Positions 21,001-30,124 of a DNA stretch of 64,000 nt are shown here, piece after piece. Origin of the DNA: an uncultured Planctomycetota bacterium (lineage in GTDB: Bacteria; Planctomycetota; Planctomycetia; Isosphaerales; Isosphaeraceae). Both the position numbers and the translations under genes were made by a program. The notes under the pieces were generated by a model, which did no database searches, was not told the DNA's origin, and saw nothing but the letters and a program-made list of their open reading frames with translations. The stretch lies in the NCBI GenBank assembly GCA_963823665.1, contig CAWGMQ010000008.1, forward strand, positions 736,001 to 800,000. The letters are read 5' to 3'. The first letter of the stretch is position 1; every line of letters starts with the position of its first letter.

Positions 21001-21153
21001 GATGATCCCAACACCGGTCTCAAGGTCCAGGCAGTCGCCAACGCGGCGGGCATCGAGCTGGACCCGAATAAGATCACTGATGAGCAACGTCATCGGTTAC
21101 TCTACAATCTATTCAAACGGGACATCGAAGATGTTTTGAGCGTTAAGCATTGA
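18068..21153 (+). CDS. ECF sigma factor with long C-terminal extension (TM, carboxypeptidase-regulatory-like beta domains, TlpA/redoxin domain); one indel near 18634
   Basis: SDGQLLDRF, HGPMVLRICRR, DAEDAFQATFLVLA. One added G gives RGRLARARAQLRRRLTQRGV, continuing into 18646-21153 with G.V.D..GRPVEGA.V repeats and VVFLDFWGIWCSAC. Confidence 0.87.
20377..20741 (+). repeat. In-frame 180-bp tandem duplication covering the redoxin N-terminal part
   Basis: Lines 20401-20560 and 20581-20740 are near-identical; copy 1 encodes WHSAC, copy 2 WCSAC. Confidence 0.95.
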
Positions 21154-21221
21154 GATCGCAACGGGTGTGGAGGCCCAGACGTGATTGAGGAATTCCGGCG
21201 CGAGGGCCTCCGGGGGTTGCC

Positions 21222-21640
21222 ATGTTCTGGTCTCGCTCGCGTCTCACCGGAAGACGTGTCATGATCGCGGCTGCGACCCTTCTCGCCGTTGCCGTCATCT
21301 TTTCTCTCTCCGTGACGCTCTCCCGGCAGCCCCCACTGGCGCCGCCGGGGAAAGTGCGTTCAATCCTTCGGGGTCACCGCGGTCCGGTGACGGCCGTGGC
21401 CTTCTCCGCAGACGGGTCCGCACTCGCTACAGGAAGCTGGGACGAGGTTCGAATCGTCGACACCGTCAGCGGTCGCTTGCGGCACGAATTCACGACGACC
21501 CAGGAGGGCATCGGAGAAATTGCGTTCTCGACCGACGGAAAGACGCTCGCCGCTGCCAGCGGCGACTGGATCGGCACGGTCATTCTGTTCGATTTATCCG
21601 AAGCCGCGGGCCGCACTTCGAACGGGAAGTCAGACCAACC
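21222..21640 (+). pseudogene. Truncated WD40-repeat protein (TM + about two repeats)
   Basis: LRGHRGPVTAVAFSADGSALATGSWD, IAFSTDGKTLAAAS; similarity stops where the convergent gene ends and the ORF continues antisense into it. Confidence 0.55.
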
Positions 21641-22754
21641 CCGGGATGAAGCGCCAGCGAACCCGGGAGCTGTAGGCCTGGTAGTCGGGATCGCTCCCGA
21701 GGTGTCGCTCTTCGGTGAGCGCCCGCAGCACGTAGATCCCGCTCCAGGCCGCCGTGCCCAGGATCACAGGGGCCACGCGCCAAGGATCGGTCCACGCGAA
21801 CTTCAGGAGCAGCGGAGTCGCGCCGATCCACCACGAGAGGTTTTTGGCCACGTAGGCCGGGTGGCGCATCCAGCGGTAAGGGCCGGTGGTGACGATCCCA
21901 CGGTTGGTGAGATTGCTGGCTCGCAGCCCCAGCGCGAGCGTCGCCCAGGCATACACACCGACGCCCAGGAGCATGGCGACACCCGCCCCAACCTGAAACG
22001 TCGGCGACCGGAATTGCGGAAGCTCGAAACTGAACCAACCAAGCGCATTTGACGAGAGCCACGCCAGCGGCGGGTAACACAGAAGTGCGGCGAGCCAGCC
22101 CAGCAGCGTCGGTTCCACCGAGCGGATCTCGTTCCCAAGCCAGGGATGCTCGACCCCGTAGCCAACCGCGAAGAGTAACACGTCCACGACGAACAAGCCG
22201 TGATAGATCGCACAATAACCATAGGGGAAAAACCTGCCGAACGAGAGGTAAGCCTGGGCGCTCGTCGTGAGGTCGTGCGCTTGCATCTGAAGCCAGACAA
22301 CCATCAGCGGCCAGAAAATCGCCTTCACCGCGATGGCCCGAAAGGCGACCGCCTCCTCGGGGGTCGGCCTGCGCCGAGGCAGCGCGGAGAGCCCCTGCCA
22401 GAAGCGCCGGCACTTGACCGTATGGTCATCGGAGAATGTCGCGTAGTAGAGCGGGAGCAGCAGCAGATACGCGACGACGACGACCCGGAGGGCAGGCCAG
22501 CTCGCCGGCGGCATGAGCCCGTTGTAGTAGTCGCGCGTCGCTTCGGTCGCGTAAGGCACGGTGGCATAGAAGGCGTAGCCGAGAAGGATCAGCGAGGCGG
22601 CCGCGGCGTAATTTGCGGCGATGGCCGCTGGCGACGCGGGGAACCAGGCTCTGATCCTCGAAGCGATCCCGGAGGATCTCGAACCCTCGGCGCGCCGTTG
22701 TTGCACGAGAGCCGATTGGGCCTGGGCACGGGGTTCGGCGAGCAGCGTGGGCAT
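21630..22754 (-). CDS. Isoprenylcysteine carboxyl methyltransferase (ICMT/PEMT) family membrane protein
   Basis: ASNLTNRGIVTTGPYRWMRHPAY, RALTEERHL, Y..Y..RVRWRFIPG. Confidence 0.88.
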   Translation of the reverse strand: MPTLLAEPRAQAQSALVQQRRAEGSRSSGIASRIRAWFPASPAAIAANYAAAASLILLGYAFYATVPYATEATRDYYNGLMPPASWPALRVVVVAYLLLLPLYYATFSDDHTVKCRRFWQGLSALPRRRPTPEEAVAFRAIAVKAIFWPLMVVWLQMQAHDLTTSAQAYLSFGRFFPYGYCAIYHGLFVVDVLLFAVGYGVEHPWLGNEIRSVEPTLLGWLAALLCYPPLAWLSSNALGWFSFELPQFRSPTFQVGAGVAMLLGVGVYAWATLALGLRASNLTNRGIVTTGPYRWMRHPAYVAKNLSWWIGATPLLLKFAWTDPWRVAPVILGTAAWSGIYVLRALTEERHLGSDPDYQAYSSRVRWRFIPGLV

Positions 22755-23001
22755 CGAATGAGCCTCGGTCGGTCGCGGCCGTTGGGGCAGTCTGTGGAAA
22801 ACCACGGGATCTGCTCAATGCTAGGCCACGCTTTCGACCTGGGCAAACGCCGGGCGCGGAGTTGCCGGGCCGAGGGCTGCGGACGGGCCGGGGCGCTCCG
22901 GTTGAGGGCTGGTCTGGATTATTGCGGTACAGGTCCAAACGGTGTGCCGTGCTTTCGTACACTAGATATTCGGTTGATCCGCTCGGAAGTGGAAAATTGC
23001 G

Positions 23002-23721
23002 TCAGGGTCCGCCGCCTGGGCCGCCGCGCGATCGCTTTGCCCTTCCTGCACGCGCTGCGGGCCCGCCGGCACCTGGATTGCCGGTCAGGCCCTTCCCGAG
23101 CTTGCCCAGGGGAGAGTTGAGCAGTTTTTTGTAGAAAGCAAGCTCGCCTTCGGGATCGATCTCGGCGATTGATCCATCTCGCGGCGATCCGCTCGCGGGC
23201 CGGACATCGGCCGGTCGACTACCGAGTTGGTCGGGATAACCCAGCTCGTACTTCGTGTCGCGTGCTCTGAGGGTGACGCGCTGCGCTTGCACCTTCTCGA
23301 TGAATAGCGACGAAGGGACCTTTTCACCATCGCGTTCGAGGATCAGGTGCTCGCCTTGCTTGTACATTCGTCCGTTGATGATGGCGATCTGCGTCTTGCC
23401 CTGGAGGAATGTCGCGCCGAGGGAAAGGCTGTGGACGATTTCGTATAGAGGGTCTGTTTCCGGATCGGCAAGCGCCGCTTCGGCCGCTTTCGCCGCATCA
23501 GCCGGTTTGGGCCCCGTGCGAAATGGATCGCGAGCGAGTGCTCGCACCTCTTCCGCACCGGAGTGGAGCACATCGTTCATCATGACGTCCAGGCCCTTCA
23601 CCAGCTCCGCTCGACCAGCACCCGCGTCTGGAACGGTCGCGTGGATCTTGTAACACGCGAACGCCAGGCCCACGATCATGATTGTCGTCGGAATATATTT
23701 AAAAATCTTCGCTGTGTTCAT
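23002..23721 (-). CDS. Pilus/T2SS accessory protein (PilP/GspC-like position)
   Basis: N-terminal TM, RDPF motif, LSLGATFLQGKTQIAIINGRMYKQGE; follows the pilO-like gene. Confidence 0.62.
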   Translation of the reverse strand: MNTAKIFKYIPTTIMIVGLAFACYKIHATVPDAGAGRAELVKGLDVMMNDVLHSGAEEVRALARDPFRTGPKPADAAKAAEAALADPETDPLYEIVHSLSLGATFLQGKTQIAIINGRMYKQGEHLILERDGEKVPSSLFIEKVQAQRVTLRARDTKYELGYPDQLGSRPADVRPASGSPRDGSIAEIDPEGELAFYKKLLNSPLGKLGKGLTGNPGAGGPAARAGRAKRSRGGPGGGP

Positions 23722-23730
23722 GAGCGGACC

Positions 23731-24333
23731 CTAAGAGGTCGGTTTGGCAGCCTTCGGCTCTCCGGACGCAGGCTTTGCCTTGGGCTGCGCCTGCGTTTTC
23801 TCGGCCAGGCTGAGCATCGTGATCTGCGCCTTGAGCAGGCCCGGCTCACGTGGATTGGGATCGATCTTGATCGAGTCAACTCGCAAGTGACGCGCGTCGG
23901 CCTCAATCCAGCCCAGGAATGCGTCAAGCTCCATGAATGTGCCCTCGAGCGCGAGCTGCAGGCCGATCGTCTCGTAAGGGCCGAGGTCCTTGGCCGCTCC
24001 GGGCTTCAAATCAATCAGCTTCAGCGGCGACGACCGGAGATGGTCGATGACCTGTCTCATCAGCTCGTTGAGATTGGCCCCGGCCGGCACAAGCCCTTGA
24101 TAGGGGGCCAGGCTCTTCTTGAGCCGGTCAATCTCTTGCGCCGTCGTAATTCGTTTGAGGTCGCGGGCGATCCGCGTCGCGGTCACTTCGGTCTGTTCGC
24201 AAAGCGGCATGAAAAAGAAGAAGTACCAGCCGCCCAGCATCGAGAGACCGAGGATGAAACGAAGCTTCAGCGGATTGCGAAGCTGATTGAGGATCATCTG
24301 CCGCGGTTCGGCCTTCGCAGTTTTCTGATTCAT
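23731..24333 (-). CDS. pilO: PilO/GspM-like inner-membrane platform protein
   Basis: TM, coiled coil, ferredoxin-like LQLALEGTFMELDAFLGWIE..RHLRVDSIKI. Confidence 0.78.
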   Translation of the reverse strand: MNQKTAKAEPRQMILNQLRNPLKLRFILGLSMLGGWYFFFFMPLCEQTEVTATRIARDLKRITTAQEIDRLKKSLAPYQGLVPAGANLNELMRQVIDHLRSSPLKLIDLKPGAAKDLGPYETIGLQLALEGTFMELDAFLGWIEADARHLRVDSIKIDPNPREPGLLKAQITMLSLAEKTQAQPKAKPASGEPKAAKPTS

Positions 24334-24345
24334 GGTTGGCAGTTC

Positions 24346-25851
24346 CTACTTCTTCCCTTTCTCAGCCAGCGGTAGACAGACGACGCTGTATGACGTCGAC
24401 GCGCGCCCTCCGGCCCTGATCGGGATGGAGCGGAAGCCGGAGACTTCCACCAGCGGAAAGTGCCGCTTGAGCGTCGCATCCGCCCGCAGCGCGGCCAGGA
24501 AACCGTCGATTTCTTGAGGCAGTGAGCCGTTTCCAGCCAGGGGAGTTTCGAAGCTGACGATCAGCTTTTTCTTTCCCCTGGCGGGCCCGGACCGCGATCC
24601 CGATTCGATCTCGGCGTCGCCGGAGAGCGACGTGATGATCGTGCTTGCCGGCATGGAAGCGGCGATTGTTCGAAGGGAGCCCGACCATTTCACTCGGGTG
24701 TCACGGAAGACGCCGACTGCCTTGAGGCGTTCCTGGATTGCATTTTTTTCGGCGTCGAGCTTGGGCTGATCTTGATTCTTCAGCCAGGCAAACGCGTTGA
24801 GACCGCCCACGACGGCCTTGAGACGGTGATTTGATTCGGCCGCCGCGCCGATGGAGAAAAGCGAAACCGCGCCCAGGAGCACACCGTGCAGAACCAGCTC
24901 GCCGTACGGGAAGACGTCGGCGATCGACACTTGAGGCTTGAGGGTGCGCGCCAGGTCGACGCCGGTCTGGTCGGCTTGGGGATTGGCCAGCGCCAATCCC
25001 AGTGCGGCCGCCTGCAAGTCGTAACTGGGATCCTCACAGCGCAACAATCGTGCCCCGGTGCGCTGCCGGAACTCTTCCGACTGCTGCGCCAGCGCGAACT
25101 CCGGCCGGCCGTGAATGATGACCGTGTCGATGGGAACGGTAATCCGCGCCTGCCTGCCCATCATCCAGAGCGTCGAGTAGGCCGCGAGAATCGCGGCAGT
25201 CTCCTCGCCTGGCGCAAGGTCGAACGTCTGCCAGAAAAGCGGCCGCGGTCCGGCGCCGATGATGCCGATCGCTTGGTGCTCGCCGAGGAAGAAACGCACG
25301 CACAGCTTCGAGCCGCGTGGTGCTTTCTTGTGATACCAGCCGGCGCGGTAGAGCGCCGCGGGGCCCGGCTCGAGCAGACCGATGCGCCCGCCGATCCGGG
25401 AGATCATCGCAATCAACGTCTCGACTGCCCCGCGGGGAGAAGCGGCCACGCATGCAAGCGGGCGGCCGCCAAGATCGAGCTTCACCAGCTCGACGATCCG
25501 GTCCTCCGCGCGGACGTTCGTCGCTTGCACGGCCTCGAGGAAGAAGTTCTGTGCGGTATTCTGCTGGTTGGACGGCGTGATCGCCAGTGCCGCCTGAAAC
25601 ACCCGTGCCTCGGAAAGTCCGACCCGCACCCACGGTCCGGGCTTTCTTCGTTTTGCGCCCGACGGGCCAACAAAGCGCTCGAGCAGACGGCCCACGATCG
25701 CTTCGTGATCGTGCTCGTCGCAATCATGGATTTCCTCGGCAACCTTCCGCCGCCCCTTGGCGGTAGCGGCCGTGATGCACATGGCGATCCGCTTCTGGTC
25801 GATCATGATGCCGATCGCCGGCCAAAGCCCGATTGGTTTCCGTCGCTTCAT
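24346..25851 (-). CDS. PilM-PilN-like (GspL-type) fusion protein
   Basis: Large cytoplasmic part ending AAALGLALA..VDLA, one TM, then PilN-like KWSGSLRTIAASMPASTIITSLSG. Confidence 0.68.
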   Translation of the reverse strand: MKRRKPIGLWPAIGIMIDQKRIAMCITAATAKGRRKVAEEIHDCDEHDHEAIVGRLLERFVGPSGAKRRKPGPWVRVGLSEARVFQAALAITPSNQQNTAQNFFLEAVQATNVRAEDRIVELVKLDLGGRPLACVAASPRGAVETLIAMISRIGGRIGLLEPGPAALYRAGWYHKKAPRGSKLCVRFFLGEHQAIGIIGAGPRPLFWQTFDLAPGEETAAILAAYSTLWMMGRQARITVPIDTVIIHGRPEFALAQQSEEFRQRTGARLLRCEDPSYDLQAAALGLALANPQADQTGVDLARTLKPQVSIADVFPYGELVLHGVLLGAVSLFSIGAAAESNHRLKAVVGGLNAFAWLKNQDQPKLDAEKNAIQERLKAVGVFRDTRVKWSGSLRTIAASMPASTIITSLSGDAEIESGSRSGPARGKKKLIVSFETPLAGNGSLPQEIDGFLAALRADATLKRHFPLVEVSGFRSIPIRAGGRASTSYSVVCLPLAEKGKK

Positions 25852-25896
25852 TGTCGGGAGGTTCCTGACGTGGAGACCTGATGCAGCGAGAAGTTG

Positions 25897-25934
25897 CTTA
25901 AACAGAAGCGGGCGACCGAACCCGGCCGCCCGCT
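25897..25934 (-). terminator. Intrinsic terminator/attenuator downstream of the pilin gene
   Basis: Minus strand AGCGGGCGGCCG-GGTT-CGGTCGCCCGCT followed by TCTGTTTAA. Confidence 0.65.
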
Positions 25935-26014
25935 CAGAGACAGTCAACAGCCGCGTGCCGGCGTGGGGGTCCTGGGCCGATTCCGCACGCTCAGCCCCCC
26001 ACGCCAGCAAGCGA

Positions 26015-26512
26015 TCACGAACCGCTACCGCTACCGCTGCCGCTACCGCTACCGCTACCGCTGCTGCTACCCGAGCTGATCGTGACCGGGCAGATCGCCG
26101 GGTACGTCATGATCGTCGAGTTGGTGGTGTCGAACCCATCCTGATTCCAGACGACGCTGTATGAATAGCTCGAATTCGAGTTCCGGTCGAGCTCGAGCGA
26201 CCAGCCGGGAGTGCCGGTTGAGCTGGTGGTCGGGGTGATGCTCCCTACCGTGAAATACTGCGGCGCCGGCAGGGTGATGTCGAGACTGGTGATCGCGCTG
26301 GCGTAAACGCCGTTCTGCGCGATGTACCGCTCCTGGGAGCCCTGGATGGCCGAGAGGTAGTTGAAGGCTTCCGCCGCCTTGGACTTTTCGACCGAGTTGA
26401 GGAACTTCGGCACTCCGAACGCGGCCAGCACGCCAATGATGACGATCACCACCGCGAGCTCGACCAGGGTGAACCCTCTGCGGGTACGAAGTCTTGCGTG
26501 AAGTTGCTGCAT
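26015..26512 (-). CDS. Type IV pilin, probable major pilin, with (Ser-Gly)n tail
   Basis: RRG|FTLVELAVVIVIIGVLAAFGVP class III signal; QERYIAQNGVYA; own terminator. Confidence 0.92.
   Translation of the reverse strand: MQQLHARLRTRRGFTLVELAVVIVIIGVLAAFGVPKFLNSVEKSKAAEAFNYLSAIQGSQERYIAQNGVYASAITSLDITLPAPQYFTVGSITPTTSSTGTPGWSLELDRNSNSSYSYSVVWNQDGFDTTNSTIMTYPAICPVTISSGSSSGSGSGSGSGSGSGS
26018..26071 (-). repeat. Hexamer microsatellite (GGTAGC/GGCAGC)n encoding SGSGSG
   Basis: accgct/gccgct repeated on the + strand. Confidence 0.85.
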
Positions 26513-26874
26513 CTTTCGTGGCTCTCTCTTGTGATTGTTGCGGGACCAGGTTTCTGAGCGACAAACCACTGTCGCGTTGCGGTGACATTCCGCCCGAGAC
26601 ACTCAAAACTAGGTCACGTATTTCCGCGCATCAAATCCGATCGGCGCAATCCGCAGGATTTCACCCATCGCCATCGGGTCGACTCTCGGTCTCACGTATA
26701 TAAGGATCAAACCGATCGCGGGGCCAACCGGTCTGTTTTCGTATTGCCACATCGTGTCCTGGTTCTTGCTGCCGTCCCCCGAGAACCGTTCAACATGGCC
26801 TAGTGTCTAATAGCGGAGATCTCGATGACTGATCTCGCGCAGCATGCACGGCCTGCGAGTCGTCGCCGATTCGG

Positions 26875-27996
26875 ATGTTCTTGGGAAAGGCGAGGTGGAT
26901 ATTGCCGTTCGACGAATGGGTCGTCGCACACGCTCGGATCTCGAAGAAGGCGCACAAGGGCGCCAAGCTCGAGGATACGCTCTCGTTCTTTCATCAGCTT
27001 GCGACGCTGGTCAGCTCGGGCACTCCGCTCTTGCAGGCCTTGAAGATCGCGGTCGCTCAGTGCGAGAGCTCGAAGCTCCGGGCGGTTCTGGAAGAGATCA
27101 CCGCCAGGGTTGCGGCCGGAAGCACATTCCACGCAGCGGCGGCCGCATACCCCAATGTCTTCGAGTTTCAATGGCTGGAAGCGATCCGCACCGGTGAGGT
27201 CACCGGCAAGATGGCCCAGGTGCTGATCGAGCTCAACAAGCAGATCCGCGAATCGCGCGAAACCAAGCGTAAGGTCAAGGGAGCCCTCATGTATCCCATG
27301 ATCCTGATCCTGGTCGCCGTAATCGCCGTCACCGTGATGCTCTGGCTGGTCGTGCCGGTCTTCGCCAAGATGTTCAAGGACATGGACGCCGAGCTCCCGG
27401 GCATCACGCAGTTCGTCGTCGATGCCTCCGACGCCATCGTCAAGTACGGTCACTACGCCGTCGCCGCCATCGTCGTGATCGTCATCGCGTTCAAGCGATA
27501 CATGAAGACCGACGCCGGCCGCCGCTACGTGATGGGCACCTTGATGGCGGTTCCCTCGGTGGGCCAGCTCATCATCGAGATGGCGATGTACCGCTTCGCG
27601 TCGAACCTCTCTCTCTTGCTCAAGAGCGGGGTGCCGATGATGGACACCATGCACACGATCAAGGGAATCTTCCAGACAAGCCCCATCTATCGCGATGCGC
27701 TCGAGCGCGTCGCGCACAAGGTCGCCGCGGGCCGCTCGCTGCACTCTGCCCTCGCAGAATCGGGCTTGTTCCTCCCCATGCTCACCAGCATGGTGCAGGT
27801 CGGCGAGGAATCGGGCCAGCTCGCTCAGGTGATGGAGCAAGTCGCGCCATTCTTCAAGGAAAAAATGGAAGGCATGATTCTCAAAGTCACAAAAATGGTC
27901 GAGCCTATCATCATCATGGGAATGGGCTCGTCAATCGCCGGGTTGATGCTGGCGATCTACATGCCCATGTTCGAGATGGCGGGGAACGTCAAATGA
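26875..27996 (+). CDS. pilC: PilC/GspF platform protein
   Basis: FFHQLATLVSSGTPLLQAL, GEVTG, ALMYP, LLKSGVP, MVQVGEESG, EPIII, IYMPMF. The true start may be the ATG at 26825 with an indel. Confidence 0.94.
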   Translation: MFLGKARWILPFDEWVVAHARISKKAHKGAKLEDTLSFFHQLATLVSSGTPLLQALKIAVAQCESSKLRAVLEEITARVAAGSTFHAAAAAYPNVFEFQWLEAIRTGEVTGKMAQVLIELNKQIRESRETKRKVKGALMYPMILILVAVIAVTVMLWLVVPVFAKMFKDMDAELPGITQFVVDASDAIVKYGHYAVAAIVVIVIAFKRYMKTDAGRRYVMGTLMAVPSVGQLIIEMAMYRFASNLSLLLKSGVPMMDTMHTIKGIFQTSPIYRDALERVAHKVAAGRSLHSALAESGLFLPMLTSMVQVGEESGQLAQVMEQVAPFFKEKMEGMILKVTKMVEPIIIMGMGSSIAGLMLAIYMPMFEMAGNVK

Positions 27997-28415
27997 AAGC
28001 CAGGCGCGGATTTTCGCTCGTAGAAATGATCGTCGCCGTGATCGTCGCCGGGGTGCTGCTCTCGATCGGCGTGCCGCGGTTCTCGCAATCGCTCGAGCAG
28101 TCCCGCGCCGACGTGGCCGGGGCCAACCTCCGGGCGATCTGGTCGGCCCAGCGCCTCTACTGGCTGCAGAACCGGACGTACGCCCCCGACCTGAATACGC
28201 TGGTCTCCGCCAATCTGATCGACCCCTCTCTTCCCCCGGCCACGATCCCTTACACCTATTCGATCGCTGATGCGAGCGACAACTGGTTCACGGCGACGGC
28301 GACCCGCGGCGGCTCCTCGAGCTGGAGCGGCAGCTTCACCATCGCCGCCGACGGAACGTTCACCGGCGCCGTGCAGCAATCCGGCGGTGTCTCTCTGGAG
28401 CCCGGATTCCAGTGA
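27993..28415 (+). CDS. Minor pilin (PilE-like)
   Basis: RRG|FSLVEMIVAVIVAGVLLSIGVP; FTATATR. Confidence 0.9.
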   Translation: MKARRGFSLVEMIVAVIVAGVLLSIGVPRFSQSLEQSRADVAGANLRAIWSAQRLYWLQNRTYAPDLNTLVSANLIDPSLPPATIPYTYSIADASDNWFTATATRGGSSSWSGSFTIAADGTFTGAVQQSGGVSLEPGFQ

Positions 28416-28870
28416 GAACGAGCACAACCACTCGCCGTGACGGTGCCAGATCCGTGTCGGACCGGCGGCACCGCCGCCGCGGCTACACCCTGCTGGAAGT
28501 ACAGGTCGCCTTCGCGATCCTGGGAATCGGCCTCGCCGGCTTGTGCCCGCTCGTCGTCATGCAGCTTCGCCAGGTTCGCCAGCTCGAGCTGCGCCTTCAG
28601 GCACAGGTCGTCCAGACGAGCTTCTTGACAGGCCAGACCGAGACGATGCTCCAAGGAAATTACTACTACATTGTCCCGTGGACCAACCCGATCGCGCAAA
28701 AGCTCGCCGCCAGCGGCCAGATCCTGACCACGCCGACCAACCCGTGCGATCCGGGATTGCTGCCGCTGCCAACGCCGGCTCCACAATCGTACCCGGTCAC
28801 GATCGTGGAGCTCGATGCCACCCCGACGGGCCAGAGCGTAACCGCCTACGTGACCGTCTCCGCGCCTTGA
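28412..28870 (+). CDS. Minor pilin (PilV/GspI-like)
   Basis: RRG|YTLLEVQVAFAILGIGL. Confidence 0.85.
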   Translation: MRTSTTTRRDGARSVSDRRHRRRGYTLLEVQVAFAILGIGLAGLCPLVVMQLRQVRQLELRLQAQVVQTSFLTGQTETMLQGNYYYIVPWTNPIAQKLAASGQILTTPTNPCDPGLLPLPTPAPQSYPVTIVELDATPTGQSVTAYVTVSAP

Positions 28871-28897
28871 ACTCGTTTGAGAGGTAATACCAGCACG

Positions 28898-29470
28898 ATG
28901 CGCTCTTCAAGAGCCACATCCGACCGAAATGCCAGGCAATTGAGAAGCGGATTCACAGCACATCCGCGTCGCGGATACTCGCTCATCGAGACCATGGTGG
29001 CCAGCATGCTTTCGGCCTTCCTCGGTATTCTGCTGGCGCTCTCGTGTGCATCGTTCGGGCGGACGGCACTGCAAGTCGAGTGCCGCGCACGGATCGCGCA
29101 GGAAGGCACCCTCGCCGCCCAGTCGCTCGCCTGTGATCTCGGCGGTTTCCTCGCCGATGCCCCGGGGCGCACGGGGACCCTGGCCCAGTACTCGTTCACG
29201 AACTGGGACACCTCTCAGCCAAACGTGCTCGCACTCTACTTTCAAGGGACGAGCCCCTCGGATGTGATCGCGATCACCTACGAGTTCAGCGGCAACCAGC
29301 TCGTCCGCAGCAATTCCTCCAGCGGAGTGACAACCACGATCGCCCGTTACGTGACGGCCTTCTCCGCGGGAATCAATCCGGACAATTCGGGCCAGTTGAT
29401 CGTGCAGTTCACCATCGCATACCGTGCCTTTGCATCAACGTATACTCTGATCGGTGTTACCCCGACATGA
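28898..29470 (+). CDS. Minor pilin (PilW/GspJ-like)
   Basis: RRG|YSLIETMVASMLSAFLGILL; ITYEFSGNQLVR..IARYV. Confidence 0.85.
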   Translation: MRSSRATSDRNARQLRSGFTAHPRRGYSLIETMVASMLSAFLGILLALSCASFGRTALQVECRARIAQEGTLAAQSLACDLGGFLADAPGRTGTLAQYSFTNWDTSQPNVLALYFQGTSPSDVIAITYEFSGNQLVRSNSSSGVTTTIARYVTAFSAGINPDNSGQLIVQFTIAYRAFASTYTLIGVTPT

Positions 29471-29892
29471 TGAGACGACGGCAGACCCACCCTAGGAGGG
29501 GCTACTCCCTCACGGTGGTGCTCATCTTCTTGATCCTGATATTTGCCCTCTGGAGCACCGTCTACCGCTCCAGCTCGAGCCTCCTGCGCATCGAAACCAA
29601 CCGCGTCCTGCAACAAACCCGCGACCAGGGCGCCATGAACGCGCTTGCCCAATCTATCCAGTTGCTCCAGTATGCCACGCCACGCGATTCGTCCAATCCA
29701 AGCCGCACGCTGTTCATCTACGGTGTGACGGTGACGATTCAGGATCCCAGCGGCGGCAGCACCACGGCCGACTACACCGTGCAGTTCACTCCGGCCCCGG
29801 AGCAGGGGACCAATTGCTGGCAAGTGGAGGTTTCGCAAGGAACTTACGGCGTTCCATTACCGGCTCCAGGAGCCATACCCCAGTGGCCTTGA
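29467..29892 (+). CDS. Minor pilin lacking Glu5 (PilX/GspK-like), short
   Basis: RRG|YSLTVVLIFLILIFAL; last of the minor-pilin run. Confidence 0.78.
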   Translation: MMRRRQTHPRRGYSLTVVLIFLILIFALWSTVYRSSSSLLRIETNRVLQQTRDQGAMNALAQSIQLLQYATPRDSSNPSRTLFIYGVTVTIQDPSGGSTTADYTVQFTPAPEQGTNCWQVEVSQGTYGVPLPAPGAIPQWP

Positions 29893-30124
29893 GCGATACG
29901 GGATCGCTGGGCTCGGGCCGTTCCTTCGCTCGAGCCGCGGCCGAGAAAAATGTCAAGCTTGCCAGCACGTCCAGCCGACCATTGCTTAATGTTGCACGAG
30001 GTCGAATTGAGCCAGGCTGCGCGTTCGGTCGGTGCTCCACAGTCTAGGAAGAGCGTGGATTTGCCGAACGACGAGCGAAGGAAGTCGCTCAGGCCGCTCG
30101 AGGCCCCAGGAGTCTCGGAGATCG

